Part shown: positions 26,275-36,796 of the stretch, in pieces
How positions within the stretch are numbered: the first letter of the stretch is position 1
Layout: each line of letters starts with the position of its first letter
Made by a program: the position numbers and the translations under genes
Origin: Actinomycetota bacterium
GTDB lineage: Bacteria; Actinomycetota; UBA4738; HRBIN12
Reading direction: 5' to 3'
Length of the DNA stretch: 64,000 nucleotides
Assembly (NCBI GenBank): GCA_035490535.1
Contig: DATHCP010000087.1
Location: 32,665-96,664, forward strand
The notes under the pieces: model-generated
Database searches by the model: none
Told to the model about the DNA's origin: nothing
What the model saw: only the letters and a program-made list of their open reading frames with translations

Positions 26275-27384
26275 GCGGTCCCGCCACCTGGCGCTTCGGC
26301 GAACTCCACCCCGAGGCCTACCGGATGCTGGTCGAGGGCGTCCCGGCGATCCTGTACATCGACCGGCCCGATGAGCGTTCGTCCAACCTCTACACGAGCC
26401 CACAGATCCAGGCGATGTTGGGGTTCTCGGTCGAGGAATGGATGGCCGATCCTGATCTCTGGCGCGACCGGATCCACCCCGACGACCGCGCCAGGGTCGC
26501 CGCGGCGAACCAGGAGTCGAACCGCGCGGGGGCACACTACGTGGACGAATACCGGCTCGTTGCCCGTGACGGCGCCATCGTGTGGGTCCGCGACGAGGCG
26601 GCGCCCGTGCGCGGCGACGACGGGACCCTCCTGTACTGGCGCGGCGTGATGCTGGACATCACCGAACGCAAGCAGGCGGAAGAGAAGCTCGAACGGAGCC
26701 TCGAGGTCCTGCATCGGACGCTCCGGCAGCGGCGCGAGCTGGCGCGACGCCTCCAGCATGCGCAGGAGGAGGAGCGGCGGGGGATCGCGGCCGACATCCA
26801 CGACGACCCGATCCAGGTCATGAGCGCGGTCGACGTCCGACTGCAGATGCTGCAGGCGGACCCGTCTGCCGCGACGGCGGGAACGCTCGGCCAGATCCAG
26901 GCGGAGGTTCGGGGCGCGATCGAGCGGCTGCGGTCCCTGCTGTTCGAGCTCCGGCCGACGGCGTTGGACCGCGAAGGCCTGGTGGCGGCGATCCGCCTCT
27001 ATCTGGCCCGGACCGCCGAGACCACCGGCTGGGAGGTGTCGGTCGAGGATCGGCTCGATGCGGAGCCGGATGCAGACGTCCGCGCGCTGATCTATCGGAT
27101 CGTGCAGGAGGCGATCGCGAACGCGCGCAAGCACGCTGGCGCGGCGCACCTTCGGGTGGACCTGGCGACCGCGGCCGACGGAGTCATGGTGCGGGTCCAC
27201 GACGACGGCGCCGGATTCGTCCCGGAGCGGGCAACGCCGCAGCCCGGACACCTCGGCCTGCTCACGATGGTCGAACGCGCCGAGCTCGGCGGCGGGTGGG
27301 CGCGGATCGTCAGCGAGCCCGGGCGGGGCACGACGATCGAGTGTTGGCTGCCCGCCTCGGAGGACCCCGCCGGCCCGGCCGAAC

Positions 27385-27407
<23 letters not shown>
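26271..27407 (+). CDS. cytoplasmic PAS-domain sensor histidine kinase (HisKA_3/NarL-partner type)
   Basis: GTG 26271 is in a GTGA overlap with the M20 stop. No TM span. PAS: [18 protein letters not shown]...[18 protein letters not shown]-box [18 protein letters not shown]-box [12 protein letters not shown]-box DDGAGF...[14 protein letters not shown]. Confidence 0.8.
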
Positions 27408-28578
<1,171 letters not shown>

Positions 28579-29619
28579 CTACCGCTCCTTCCGTCGGGCG
28601 GCAGTCTCGGCGGACAGCCGCTCGTGGGTCAAGTCTCGCTGCAGGCGCCGGTGCGCGGCCGGCGTGGCGCCGATCCGGTCCAGGCCGATCAGCGCCGCGC
28701 CCAGCACCGGCGGCGCCTGGAGCACGTGGACGCGGGCGGCAGGGGCGACCGCCGCTACGCCGCGCTCGATCCGGTCGTAGAAGGCCCGGTACCGGTTGCG
28801 GAAGATGCCGCCGCCGAGCACCACATCGACATCCAGCTTCGTCATCCGCAGGCGTCGGATCGCCGTGGTCGCCATCGTGACGACCTCGTCCGCCTGCTGC
28901 TCGACGATCGTGTTCGCGACGCGGTCGCCCTCGGCGGCCGCCGCGAACACGATCGGCGCGAGTTCGCTCACACGATCCTCGCCGATCCGGTGGAAGTACA
29001 TCGCCTCCATCACCTGCCGGGGCCGCCGCAGGCCGAAGTAGGCCGGCACCGTGGTGGCCAGCGCCGTACGTTCGCCCCGGCCGTCCTCGGCGCGGATCGC
29101 GTGCCACAGGCCGGCGCCGCCGACCTCGAGCCCGCCGCCCCAGTCGCCGGAGATCGGGCCGACCGCCGGCAGACGGTACGTGCGTCCGTTCGGAGCGACG
29201 GCCGTGCAGTTCGTTCCCTGACCGCACACGATCGCCACGCCCCAGGGCCGGTCGGTGCCGGCGCGCATCACCGCGAACGTGTCGTTGCGCAAGACCTCCT
29301 CGCGTGTCCACCCGTTGCGGCGCAGCCACCGGCTCAGGCGACGGTCGTCGGCCGGCAGATCGGCGCCGGCCAGGCAGAAGACCCCGAGCTCGGCGAACGG
29401 CGGCCGATCCGGATCGAGCCCCGCCGCGCGGATCGCGCGCTCGATCGCGACCCACACCGCGTCGAGGTGGTCCTCGCCGATCCGGTACACGAGGTGCGTG
29501 TCCGAGAATTCGATCGACCCGGCGCGGGCCGCCCCGATGATCGTCCCCGACCGCGACACGAGCACCGCATGGGTCTTCGAGCCGCCGGCGTCGACGGCGA
29601 GCAGCGCGGGGATCCTCAC
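28579..29619 (-). CDS. BadF/BadG/BcrA/BcrD-type ATPase, N-acetylglucosamine-kinase-like sugar kinase
   Basis: GTG 29619 is in a GTGA overlap with the deacetylase stop. Phosphate-1 motif AVDAGGSKTHAVL and CGQGTNC. Its stop abuts the ATPase start. Confidence 0.75.
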   Translation of the reverse strand: MRIPALLAVDAGGSKTHAVLVSRSGTIIGAARAGSIEFSDTHLVYRIGEDHLDAVWVAIERAIRAAGLDPDRPPFAELGVFCLAGADLPADDRRLSRWLRRNGWTREEVLRNDTFAVMRAGTDRPWGVAIVCGQGTNCTAVAPNGRTYRLPAVGPISGDWGGGLEVGGAGLWHAIRAEDGRGERTALATTVPAYFGLRRPRQVMEAMYFHRIGEDRVSELAPIVFAAAAEGDRVANTIVEQQADEVVTMATTAIRRLRMTKLDVDVVLGGGIFRNRYRAFYDRIERGVAAVAPAARVHVLQAPPVLGAALIGLDRIGATPAAHRRLQRDLTHERLSAETAARRKER

Positions 29620-30230
29620 GGCAACGTCTCCAGATCGGCGACCGTCACGAACGTCGCGCCGGCCTCCCGGAGGCCGTCGACGAGCGGGCCGACGGCGTCG
29701 CCGGTCCCCGCCGGCCACGTGTGCAGCAGGACGACCGCGCCGTCGCCGTGCTCGAGCGTTCCACGGAGCCCGTCCGCGGTGATCGCCTCACCGGTCCGGT
29801 GGGCCTCCCAATCCTCGAGCTCGACGTGCCAGCCGACGTCGCGGTAGCCGAGTTCCTCGAGCGCCGCCTGGACGTCGGGGTCGTCGTGCCCGGCGCCGAA
29901 CGGGCAGCGGAACCATGGCCGTGGATCGCGGCCGGTCGCCGCCTCGATCGCGGCCGCTCCGTCGGCCAGGTCCGACGGCACGCCGTTCGGCACGAGCAGC
30001 GGCATCCGGGCGTGGTAGTGCGAGTGGTGTCCGATCAGATGGCCGTCCTCGGCGATCCGCCGGGCGGTCACCGGATAGGCCTCGGCCCACCGGCCCTGGA
30101 CGAAGAACGTCGCGGTCACGCCCCGCCCCGCCAGCGTCTCGACGATCCGCTCGGCGTTCCCCGGCGGACATCCGGGACGGTCGGGATGCTCGGCGTCGAA
30201 CGTCAGCGCGACCCGGAACGGCTCACTCAC
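29616..30230 (-). CDS. polysaccharide/chitooligosaccharide deacetylase, CE4 (NodB) family, cytoplasmic
   Basis: No signal peptide. Motif 1 variant LTFDAEH; motif 2 GHHSHYH; RCPFGAG region. Confidence 0.8.
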   Translation of the reverse strand: MSEPFRVALTFDAEHPDRPGCPPGNAERIVETLAGRGVTATFFVQGRWAEAYPVTARRIAEDGHLIGHHSHYHARMPLLVPNGVPSDLADGAAAIEAATGRDPRPWFRCPFGAGHDDPDVQAALEELGYRDVGWHVELEDWEAHRTGEAITADGLRGTLEHGDGAVVLLHTWPAGTGDAVGPLVDGLREAGATFVTVADLETLP

Positions 30231-31275
30231 GGGTGGTCACCTTCGCGGCGTGGACGTAGGTGCCCGGGTCGCGGCCGGCGAGCGTGGCGAGCCGCCACGC
30301 GAGCAGCTGCACCGGAACGATCGACGCGGCCGGCGCGACGAGCCGGTCCAGATCGCCGATCTCGATCGTTCCCGGCCCTCCGTCGTCGTGCCTCGCGACG
30401 ACGAGCACGCCTGCGCCGAGGGCGCGGAGGTCCGTGGCCAGCCCCAGGTCGAGCTCGGCGGTCTCGGGCTCGGTCGCGATCACGATCGCGGCCAGGGCGG
30501 GGCCGGCCAGCTCCAGCGGGCCGTGCCGGAACTGTGCGGCCTGCAAGGACTCGACGGGGATCCCGACCGCCTCCTTCAGCGTCAGCGCGCCCATCTCGGC
30601 GGCCGCGCGGGCGGCACCTCGACCCAGGATCACGGTCGTCGCGCGGCCGTCGTGCCACGCCGCGAGCCGGTCGGGGAGGCTGCCGTCACCCAGGAGGCTG
30701 CCCACGGCCGTCGCGGCCGCGTTCGCGGCGTCCGCGACGCCGTCCGTCGCGACGCCGCCGATCGCGCGGGCGAGCGCGCCGACCAGGACCAGCGTGGCCA
30801 CGAAGGTCATCGTCGACGGACCGGTCTCCGGCCCGGCCTCGGTATCCAGGGCGACGTCCGCGAGGCCGGCGAGCCGATTGTCCAGGCCGTTCGTCACCGC
30901 GACGATCGTGGGCGCGTCGCCGCGCTCGCGGAGCGAACGGGCGACCGCCACGGTCTCCGCGCTCTCTCCCGACTGGCTCACGAGGATCAGCAGGTCGCCG
31001 GCGCCGAGCGTCGCCAGCCGCATGTGGAGCAGCTCGGCGGCGTCCACCATCAGGGCGGGGATCCCGGCCACCGCCAGGTCGGCGACGGCCGGATAGCACG
31101 CGTCGTAGGAGCTGCCCATCCCCGCGAACGCGAGGGTCCGCCCGCCCGCCGATGCGGCCGCCTCGGCCACCGCGTCGGCCTGCCGGAGCGATGCGGCGCC
31201 GGCCCGCCGGAGGGCGTCGGGCTGGCCGGCGATCTCGGCGATGAATGGGTCAGGAAAGTTTCCTAACGATTTCAC
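30223..31275 (-). CDS. double-SIS-domain sugar isomerase/deaminase (GlmS C-terminal-like; GlcN-6-P deaminase or deglycase type)
   Basis: IAEIAGQPDALRR N-terminus, SIS motif FAGMGSSYDACYP and a second SIS half. The only in-frame start is GTG 31275. It overlaps the next gene by 8 nt. Confidence 0.8.
   Translation of the reverse strand: MKSLGNFPDPFIAEIAGQPDALRRAGAASLRQADAVAEAAASAGGRTLAFAGMGSSYDACYPAVADLAVAGIPALMVDAAELLHMRLATLGAGDLLILVSQSGESAETVAVARSLRERGDAPTIVAVTNGLDNRLAGLADVALDTEAGPETGPSTMTFVATLVLVGALARAIGGVATDGVADAANAAATAVGSLLGDGSLPDRLAAWHDGRATTVILGRGAARAAAEMGALTLKEAVGIPVESLQAAQFRHGPLELAGPALAAIVIATEPETAELDLGLATDLRALGAGVLVVARHDDGGPGTIEIGDLDRLVAPAASIVPVQLLAWRLATLAGRDPGTYVHAAKVTTRE
31252..31264. 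promoter_or_regulatory. 13-bp palindrome AGGAAAGTTTCCT, candidate operator (copy 1)
   Basis: Perfect 6-1-6 inverted repeat in the divergent SIS/GH4 control region. The identical 13-mer recurs at 38358-38370 next to the ROK regulator gene. Read on opposite strands the two copies share GTTAGGAAA-N-TTTCCT. AT-rich 13-mers are rare in this sequence. Confidence 0.55.
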
Positions 31276-31301
31276 CGACCGGAGTGTACGATGCGCCGCG
31301 G

Positions 31302-32570
31302 ATGGGTGTGAAGGTCGCGGTCGTCGGCGGCGGGAGCACGTACACGCCGGAGCTCGTCGAGGGGTTCGTCACCCGGAGCGACCGTCTCCCGGTCGATGCC
31401 CTCGTCCTGCTGGACATCGACCTGGACCGCCTCGGCGTGGTCGGGGGGCTCGCCCAGCGCATGGTCCTGCGCGCCGGGTGGAGCGGCACGGTCGAGCTGA
31501 CCGACGATCCGCGACGCGCGATCGAGGGCGCCGACTTCGTGATCGTCCAGCTGCGGGTCGGCGGGAACCAGGCGCGGTTCCGGGACGAGACGATCCCGCT
31601 GCGGTTCGACTGCATCGGTCAGGAGACGACCGGTCCCGGCGGCTTCGCGAAGGCGCTGCGCACGGTGCCGGTGGTGCTCGAGCTCGCCGAGCTGACCGCC
31701 GAGATCGGCGCGCCCGGGGCGTGGTTCGTCGACTTCACGAACCCGACCGGGCTGGTCACGCAGGCGTTGCTCGACGGGGGCCACCGCGCATGCGGGCTCT
31801 GCAACGTCGCGATCGGCTTCCAGCGCGAGTTCGCCGCGATCTTCGGCGTCGAGCCGTCCCGCGTCACGCTCGACCATGTCGGCCTGAACCACCTGACGTG
31901 GGAGCGCGAGGTCCGGGTCGACGGCGAGGACCGGCTTCCGGCGTTGCTCGCCGATCCGCCCGTCGACGCGTTCGAGGACGCGCCGATCGAGCTGGTTCGG
32001 GCGCTGGGTGCGATCCCGAGCTACTACCTGCACTACTACTACCGGACCCCCGAGGTGCTCGCGCACCAACGGACGCACCGCACGCGTGCCGAGGAGGTGC
32101 TGGAGATCGAGGCGGGCTTGCTGGAGCTGTACCGCGACCCCGCGCTCGACACGAAGCCCAAGCTCCTGGAGGAGCGGGGCGGCGCCTGGTACTCCGACGC
32201 CGCGGCCGCGCTCGTCGCCTCGTTGCACGCCGGGACCGGGGACGAGCAGGTGGTGAACGTCCGCAACCAGGGCGCGATCGCGAACCTGGCCGACGACGAC
32301 GTGGTCGAGGTCCCGTGCCGGGTCGACCGTGAGGGAGCCCATCCGATCCCGACCGCGCCGCTCGCCCCGGAGATGCTCGGGCTGGTCCAGCACGCCAAGG
32401 CCTACGAGCGCCTCACGATCGAGGCCGCCCTCAGCGGCTCGCGCGAGCGCGCGCTCCTCGCGCTGATGACGAACCCGCTCGTCGGCGACCACGATCGGGC
32501 GGCGCCGCTCCTCGACGCGCTGCTCGAGGCGAACCGCGAGCTCCTGCCGCGGTTCTTCCCGTCCGCCTAG
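31302..32570 (+). CDS. glycoside hydrolase family 4 (6-phospho-beta-glucosidase / ChbF-like)
   Basis: NAD-binding N-terminus [22 protein letters not shown]. Metal-site motif CGLCNVAIG and [21 protein letters not shown] (31287-31292) lies 9 nt upstream of the ATG. Confidence 0.85.
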   Translation: MGVKVAVVGGGSTYTPELVEGFVTRSDRLPVDALVLLDIDLDRLGVVGGLAQRMVLRAGWSGTVELTDDPRRAIEGADFVIVQLRVGGNQARFRDETIPLRFDCIGQETTGPGGFAKALRTVPVVLELAELTAEIGAPGAWFVDFTNPTGLVTQALLDGGHRACGLCNVAIGFQREFAAIFGVEPSRVTLDHVGLNHLTWEREVRVDGEDRLPALLADPPVDAFEDAPIELVRALGAIPSYYLHYYYRTPEVLAHQRTHRTRAEEVLEIEAGLLELYRDPALDTKPKLLEERGGAWYSDAAAALVASLHAGTGDEQVVNVRNQGAIANLADDDVVEVPCRVDREGAHPIPTAPLAPEMLGLVQHAKAYERLTIEAALSGSRERALLALMTNPLVGDHDRAAPLLDALLEANRELLPRFFPSA

Positions 32571-33802
32571 ACCTCCGGCAGCTCGTCGGCGTGCCGCTGG
32601 ATCTTCGCGAGCGCCTCCACGGCCTGCTCGACGCCCCGACGGTCGGACCGGAACACGTTCTCGTCCAGGTAGACCGACTCTCGCAGCCCGGCCGCCTCGG
32701 CCACCGGGAACGACATCCGCGCCGGATCCAGCCGATCCGCGTGCTCCACGCACACGGGGAGGCGCGACAGCGCCGGCTGGAACAGGTCGTAGTTCGACAT
32801 CGGCTCGTAGCCGGTCCAGGCGCCGATCCCCTCGGCCTCGAGGGCGTCGCAGACGGCCGCGTTCGTGCGTCCGGCGAAGGCGTCGGGATCGATCGCCACG
32901 ATGTAGCGGTAGAAGCTCCAGCGCGTGATCCGCGGATCGCGCGGCATCAGCCGCACCCCCGGAAGGTCGTCTGCGAGCTCCTCGAAGAGGGAGCCCAACT
33001 CGGCGCGGCTCGCCTGTTGCGCGGGGAACCGGTCCAGCGCGACCTCGAGCAACGCGGCTTGGAGTTCGCCCAGGCGGTAGTTCGCCCCGAAGGTGTACTC
33101 GCGCTCCGCGGCGTCCTTCGGCCGCCCGCAGTCGACGACCGAGTGCGCCAGGCGCGCGAGCCGGTCATCGTTCGTGAGCAGGGAGCCGCCCTCGCCGGCC
33201 GTCATGATCTTCGAGGACTGGTGGCTGAAGGAGCCGAACGCACCGATGCAGCCGGCGCCGACCCCGTTCCACTGCTGGCCGTGCGCGTGCGCGCAGTCCT
33301 CGACGACGGCGAGGTCGTGCGCCTGCGCGATCGCCATCAACGCGTCCATGTCGGCCATCTGATGGCCGAGGTGCACGGGCAAGATCGCCCGCGTCCGGGG
33401 CGTGATCGCCGCCTCGACCTGCGCGGGATCGATCGTCCAGGTCGCGGGCGTCACGTCGACGAACACCGGCAGGGCTCCGGCGGCGATCGGGGCGTACGCC
33501 GTTGCGCTGAACGTCAGCGCCGGCACGATCACCTCGTCCCCCCAGCCGATCCCGAGCGCCTTCAGCGCGACCTCCATCGTCACGGTTCCGTTCGCCATCA
33601 GGACGCCGTGTCGGGCGCCCTGATACGCGGCGAATCGCTCCTCGAAGGCGGCCGCATGCGGGCCCGGCTCGGGGAAGCCTCCCCAGCGGCCGCTGCGGAC
33701 CACGCGTTCGACGGCGAGGACGTCGTCGTCGTTCCCGTTCGGCCAGTCGGGATAGGGCTCGGTTCGGACGGGCGTGCCGCCCGCGATCGCGAGTTCGCTC
33801 AT
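32567..33802 (-). CDS. DegT/DnrJ/EryC1/StrS family PLP-dependent sugar aminotransferase
   Basis: GTVTMEVALKALGIGWGDEVIVPALTFSAT and the PLP-lysine motif FSHQSSKIMTAGEGG. SD GGAAGGAG lies 5 nt before ATG 33802. Confidence 0.85.
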   Translation of the reverse strand: MSELAIAGGTPVRTEPYPDWPNGNDDDVLAVERVVRSGRWGGFPEPGPHAAAFEERFAAYQGARHGVLMANGTVTMEVALKALGIGWGDEVIVPALTFSATAYAPIAAGALPVFVDVTPATWTIDPAQVEAAITPRTRAILPVHLGHQMADMDALMAIAQAHDLAVVEDCAHAHGQQWNGVGAGCIGAFGSFSHQSSKIMTAGEGGSLLTNDDRLARLAHSVVDCGRPKDAAEREYTFGANYRLGELQAALLEVALDRFPAQQASRAELGSLFEELADDLPGVRLMPRDPRITRWSFYRYIVAIDPDAFAGRTNAAVCDALEAEGIGAWTGYEPMSNYDLFQPALSRLPVCVEHADRLDPARMSFPVAEAAGLRESVYLDENVFRSDRRGVEQAVEALAKIQRHADELPEV

Positions 33803-33842
33803 CGTCGGCTCCTTCCGAAGCGGTGGGGTGGATCGGGGTTGG

Positions 33843-33848
33843 TAGGGT
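33843..33848 (+). promoter_or_regulatory. candidate -10 box (TAGGGT) for a leaderless transcript
   Basis: Fits TANNNT and ends 7 nt before ATG 33856. No SD. Confidence 0.45.
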
Positions 33849-33855
33849 CGCGCAG

Positions 33856-35160
33856 ATGGACGCGCCGCGCATCTGCATCGTCGGCGGCGGCTCCGCGTAC
33901 ATGCCCGGCATCGCGTTCGCGGTGGCGCACGCCCGCGACGCGCTGGCCGGAGCGACGCTCGTGCTGCACGACGTCGACGCCGACGCGCTCGAGCTGCAGG
34001 CGCGGCTCACCCGGTCGATCCTGCGCGCGCGCGGCGCAGGCGACATCGGGGTGGAGGCCACGCTCGAGCGCCGGCGCGCGATCGCCGGCGCCGACCTGAT
34101 CCTGACGGCGTTCCGTCCCGGCGGGTTCGCGGCGCGGCACCTGGACGAGCGGATCGCGATCGACCACGGGGTGATCGGCCAGGAGACGGCCGGGCCGGGC
34201 GGGTTCGCGATGGCGTTGCGCTCGGTACCGATCGTGCGGGAGATCGCCTCGGAGGTGCGAGCGGAGGCGGCATCCGAGGCGGTCCTGCTGAACTACACGA
34301 ACCCGATCGAGATCGTCTCCGAGGCGATGACCCGGTGGGGGCCGCCCGTGCCGTTCCTCGGGCTGTGCGACCAGACCGCGGGCGAGGAGGCGTTCCTCGG
34401 CCGCCTGCTCGCCGTCGATCCGGTCCGGATCGAGCTCGACACGGCTGGCGTGAACCACATGACGTTCACCCGGGCGGTGCGGATCGACGGCCTCGACCGG
34501 ACGCCCGCCGTCTGGGAGCGGCTCGACACGGTTACGCCCGCGGAGGTCGCCGACCGCGGTTGGTGGCGGGTCGTCGTGCTGTTCCGCGAGCTCCGGGTCG
34601 TTCCGAGCCTCTACCTGCAGTACTTCCGGTTCACGGACGAGGTCCTTGCCGAGCAGCGGGCGGCGGGGCGTACGCGTGCCGAGGAGGTGATGGCGCAGCT
34701 CCCGGAAGTCGTCGCGAGCTATCGGCGGGAGGCGGACGCGGCCGATCCGCGTCCGTCGATGGCGCGGGCGAGTGAGGAGCACGGCGACTTCGCCGTCGCG
34801 ATCATGGCCGCGATCCGCTCCGGAGCGCGCCACCGCGCGATCCTCAACCTCCCGAACCGCGGCCAGGTCCCCGACCTCCCGGAGGGTGCCATCGTCGAGA
34901 CCCCCGCGTGGGTGCAGGGGCGCTCGGTGGAGCCGATCGATCAGGCGGCGTTGCCGGAGCCGGTGCACGACGTCGTGACCCGGGTCGCCGAGCACGCCCG
35001 GCTGGCCGCCGAAGCCGCCCTCACCGGCGACCATGCGCTCGCGATCGATGCGCTCGAGGCGCATCCGCTGGTTCCCTCCCGCGCGGTGGCCGCTCAGCTC
35101 CTCGACGCGTACCTCCGCGCTCATGCCGCGTTCCTCCCCGCCATCTGGGGCGCGGCGTGA
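33856..35160 (+). CDS. glycoside hydrolase family 4, second divergent copy
   Basis: MDAPRICIVGGGSAYMPGIAF, GQETAGPGGFAMALR and the GLCDQTA metal-site variant. Confidence 0.8.
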   Translation: MDAPRICIVGGGSAYMPGIAFAVAHARDALAGATLVLHDVDADALELQARLTRSILRARGAGDIGVEATLERRRAIAGADLILTAFRPGGFAARHLDERIAIDHGVIGQETAGPGGFAMALRSVPIVREIASEVRAEAASEAVLLNYTNPIEIVSEAMTRWGPPVPFLGLCDQTAGEEAFLGRLLAVDPVRIELDTAGVNHMTFTRAVRIDGLDRTPAVWERLDTVTPAEVADRGWWRVVVLFRELRVVPSLYLQYFRFTDEVLAEQRAAGRTRAEEVMAQLPEVVASYRREADAADPRPSMARASEEHGDFAVAIMAAIRSGARHRAILNLPNRGQVPDLPEGAIVETPAWVQGRSVEPIDQAALPEPVHDVVTRVAEHARLAAEAALTGDHALAIDALEAHPLVPSRAVAAQLLDAYLRAHAAFLPAIWGAA

Positions 35161-36413
35161 ACGGCGGGCCGCTGGATCTTTCGGAGGCCCTCGCCACGCC
35201 GATCGACGGACGCACGACCGGGTTCCCGCCGGCGGCGGCCACCACGGTCGAGGAGGTCGCGGCCCAGGGCTGGACGCTCGACGACCTGGCGCCGCCGATC
35301 CTGCTGTTGCGCCGATCGGCGGTCGAGCACAACGTCCGCGTGATGGCCGAGTACCGCGCCGCGCACGGCGTCGAGCTCTACCCCCACGCGAAGACGTCGA
35401 TGGCCCCGCAGCTGTGGGCGCGCCAGCTGGTGGCCGGCGCGGCCGGCATGACGGCGGCCACCGGCCAGCAGGTCCGCGCGCTGCGCGCCGTCGGTGTCCG
35501 CCGCGTGCTGCTGGCGAACCAGCTCGTCGACGCCCCGACGATCGCGTGGCTCGCGGAGGCGCTCGGCGATCCCTCCTTCGAGCCGGCGTGCTGGGTCGAC
35601 TCCGTCGCCGGGGTCGACCTGCTCGCGCGCGGGCTGCAGGCAGCGGGCGCGCCGCGTGCCCTGGACGTGCTGGTCGAGCTCGGGCACACGGATGGGCGCA
35701 CCGGCTGCCGCACGGTGGAGGACGCACGGACGGTGGCGGCGGCGACGGCATCGTCGCGCGCCCTGTCGCTGGCGGGCGTCGCGGGTTACGAGGGGACGCT
35801 CGCCGACGACCGCTCGCCGGCATCCTTGGGGGCCGTGGATGGGTTCCTCGACTCGATGCGGGTTTTGACCGAACGGTTGCTCGCAGACGGCGCAGGCGAG
35901 GACGGGTTCCTGGTCACCGCCGGCGGGAGCGCGTTCTTCGATCGAGTGATCGAACGCCTCGGCGGGGGATGGCGCGCGGGCTCCGACGTCCGGATCGCGC
36001 TCCGCTGCGGCTGCACGATCACGCACGATCATGGGGTGTACGCTCGTTCGTCGCCGATCGCCGAGGGGTTGCGCGCCGCGTTCGAAGCGTGGGGACCGGT
36101 GCTGTCGCGGCCGGAGCCCGGAACCCTGGTCGTCGGCCTCGGCCGCCGGGATGTGCCGGCCGACCGCGATCCGCCGGTCCCGCTGCGGGCGCGGAGCGGA
36201 GGTGCCGCCGTGTCCCTCGACGGGAGCCTGCGCGTCGTCCGCGTGATGGACCAGCACACGATCTGCCGGATGGATCCCGCGATGGCGCTCGGCCCCGGCG
36301 ACCGGGTCGCCTTCGGCATCTCGCATCCGTGCTCGGCGTTCGATCGACGTCGCGTGATCCCGATGCTCGACGACGACGATCGCGTCGTGGACGCGATCGT
36401 CACCTGGTTCTGA
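35157..36413 (+). CDS. DSD1-family PLP enzyme (alanine-racemase-fold D-serine/D-hydroxyamino-acid dehydratase-like)
   Basis: GTG 35157 is in a GTGA overlap. LLLRRSAVEHNVRVMAEY...LYPHAKTSMAPQL (PLP lysine in HAKT). The C-terminal HPCSAFD segment is typical of the D-serine dehydratase-like domain. Confidence 0.75.
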   Translation: MNGGPLDLSEALATPIDGRTTGFPPAAATTVEEVAAQGWTLDDLAPPILLLRRSAVEHNVRVMAEYRAAHGVELYPHAKTSMAPQLWARQLVAGAAGMTAATGQQVRALRAVGVRRVLLANQLVDAPTIAWLAEALGDPSFEPACWVDSVAGVDLLARGLQAAGAPRALDVLVELGHTDGRTGCRTVEDARTVAAATASSRALSLAGVAGYEGTLADDRSPASLGAVDGFLDSMRVLTERLLADGAGEDGFLVTAGGSAFFDRVIERLGGGWRAGSDVRIALRCGCTITHDHGVYARSSPIAEGLRAAFEAWGPVLSRPEPGTLVVGLGRRDVPADRDPPVPLRARSGGAAVSLDGSLRVVRVMDQHTICRMDPAMALGPGDRVAFGISHPCSAFDRRRVIPMLDDDDRVVDAIVTWF

Positions 36414-36415
36414 AC

Positions 36416-36796
36416 TCACGTCGGCAGCACCGCCACCGCCTCGATCTCCACGAGCAGTCCGGCGGCCAGTCCGACCTCGACCGTCGACCGGGCGGGTCGC
36501 GGCTCGGCGAAGTGCCCCGCGTATTCCTCGTTGAACGCGGCGAAGTCGCCCAGGTCGGCGAGGAACGCCGTCACCTTGACGACGTCGTCCATCGTGGCGC
36601 CGGCGGCTTCCAGGCACGCCCGCAGGTTGGTGAGCACCTGCCGGGTCTGCTCCGCGATGCCGCCGGGTACGATCCGGCCGCTCGCGTCCAGGGCCACCTG
36701 CCCGGAGATGAACGCGAGCCCGGCGCCGACGACGACGGGACTGTAGGGGGACGTCGGACGGGGGAGCCCCTCGGGTTGGCGCGCGTCTCGGGTCAT
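36416..36796 (-). CDS. ridA: RidA family enamine/imine deaminase
   Basis: ATG 36796 is in an ATGA overlap with the kdgK stop. PYSPVVVGAGLAFISGQVALD...TRQVLTNLRACLEAAG...VEIEAVAV is the classic YjgF/RidA pattern. Confidence 0.85.
   Translation of the reverse strand: MTRDARQPEGLPRPTSPYSPVVVGAGLAFISGQVALDASGRIVPGGIAEQTRQVLTNLRACLEAAGATMDDVVKVTAFLADLGDFAAFNEEYAGHFAEPRPARSTVEVGLAAGLLVEIEAVAVLPT

Noticed and set aside
32567-32570. Convergent GH4 and DegT genes share the palindrome CTAG, so both TAG stops overlap.
   Set aside because: A neat but trivial consequence of convergent genes abutting. No functional implication can be supported.
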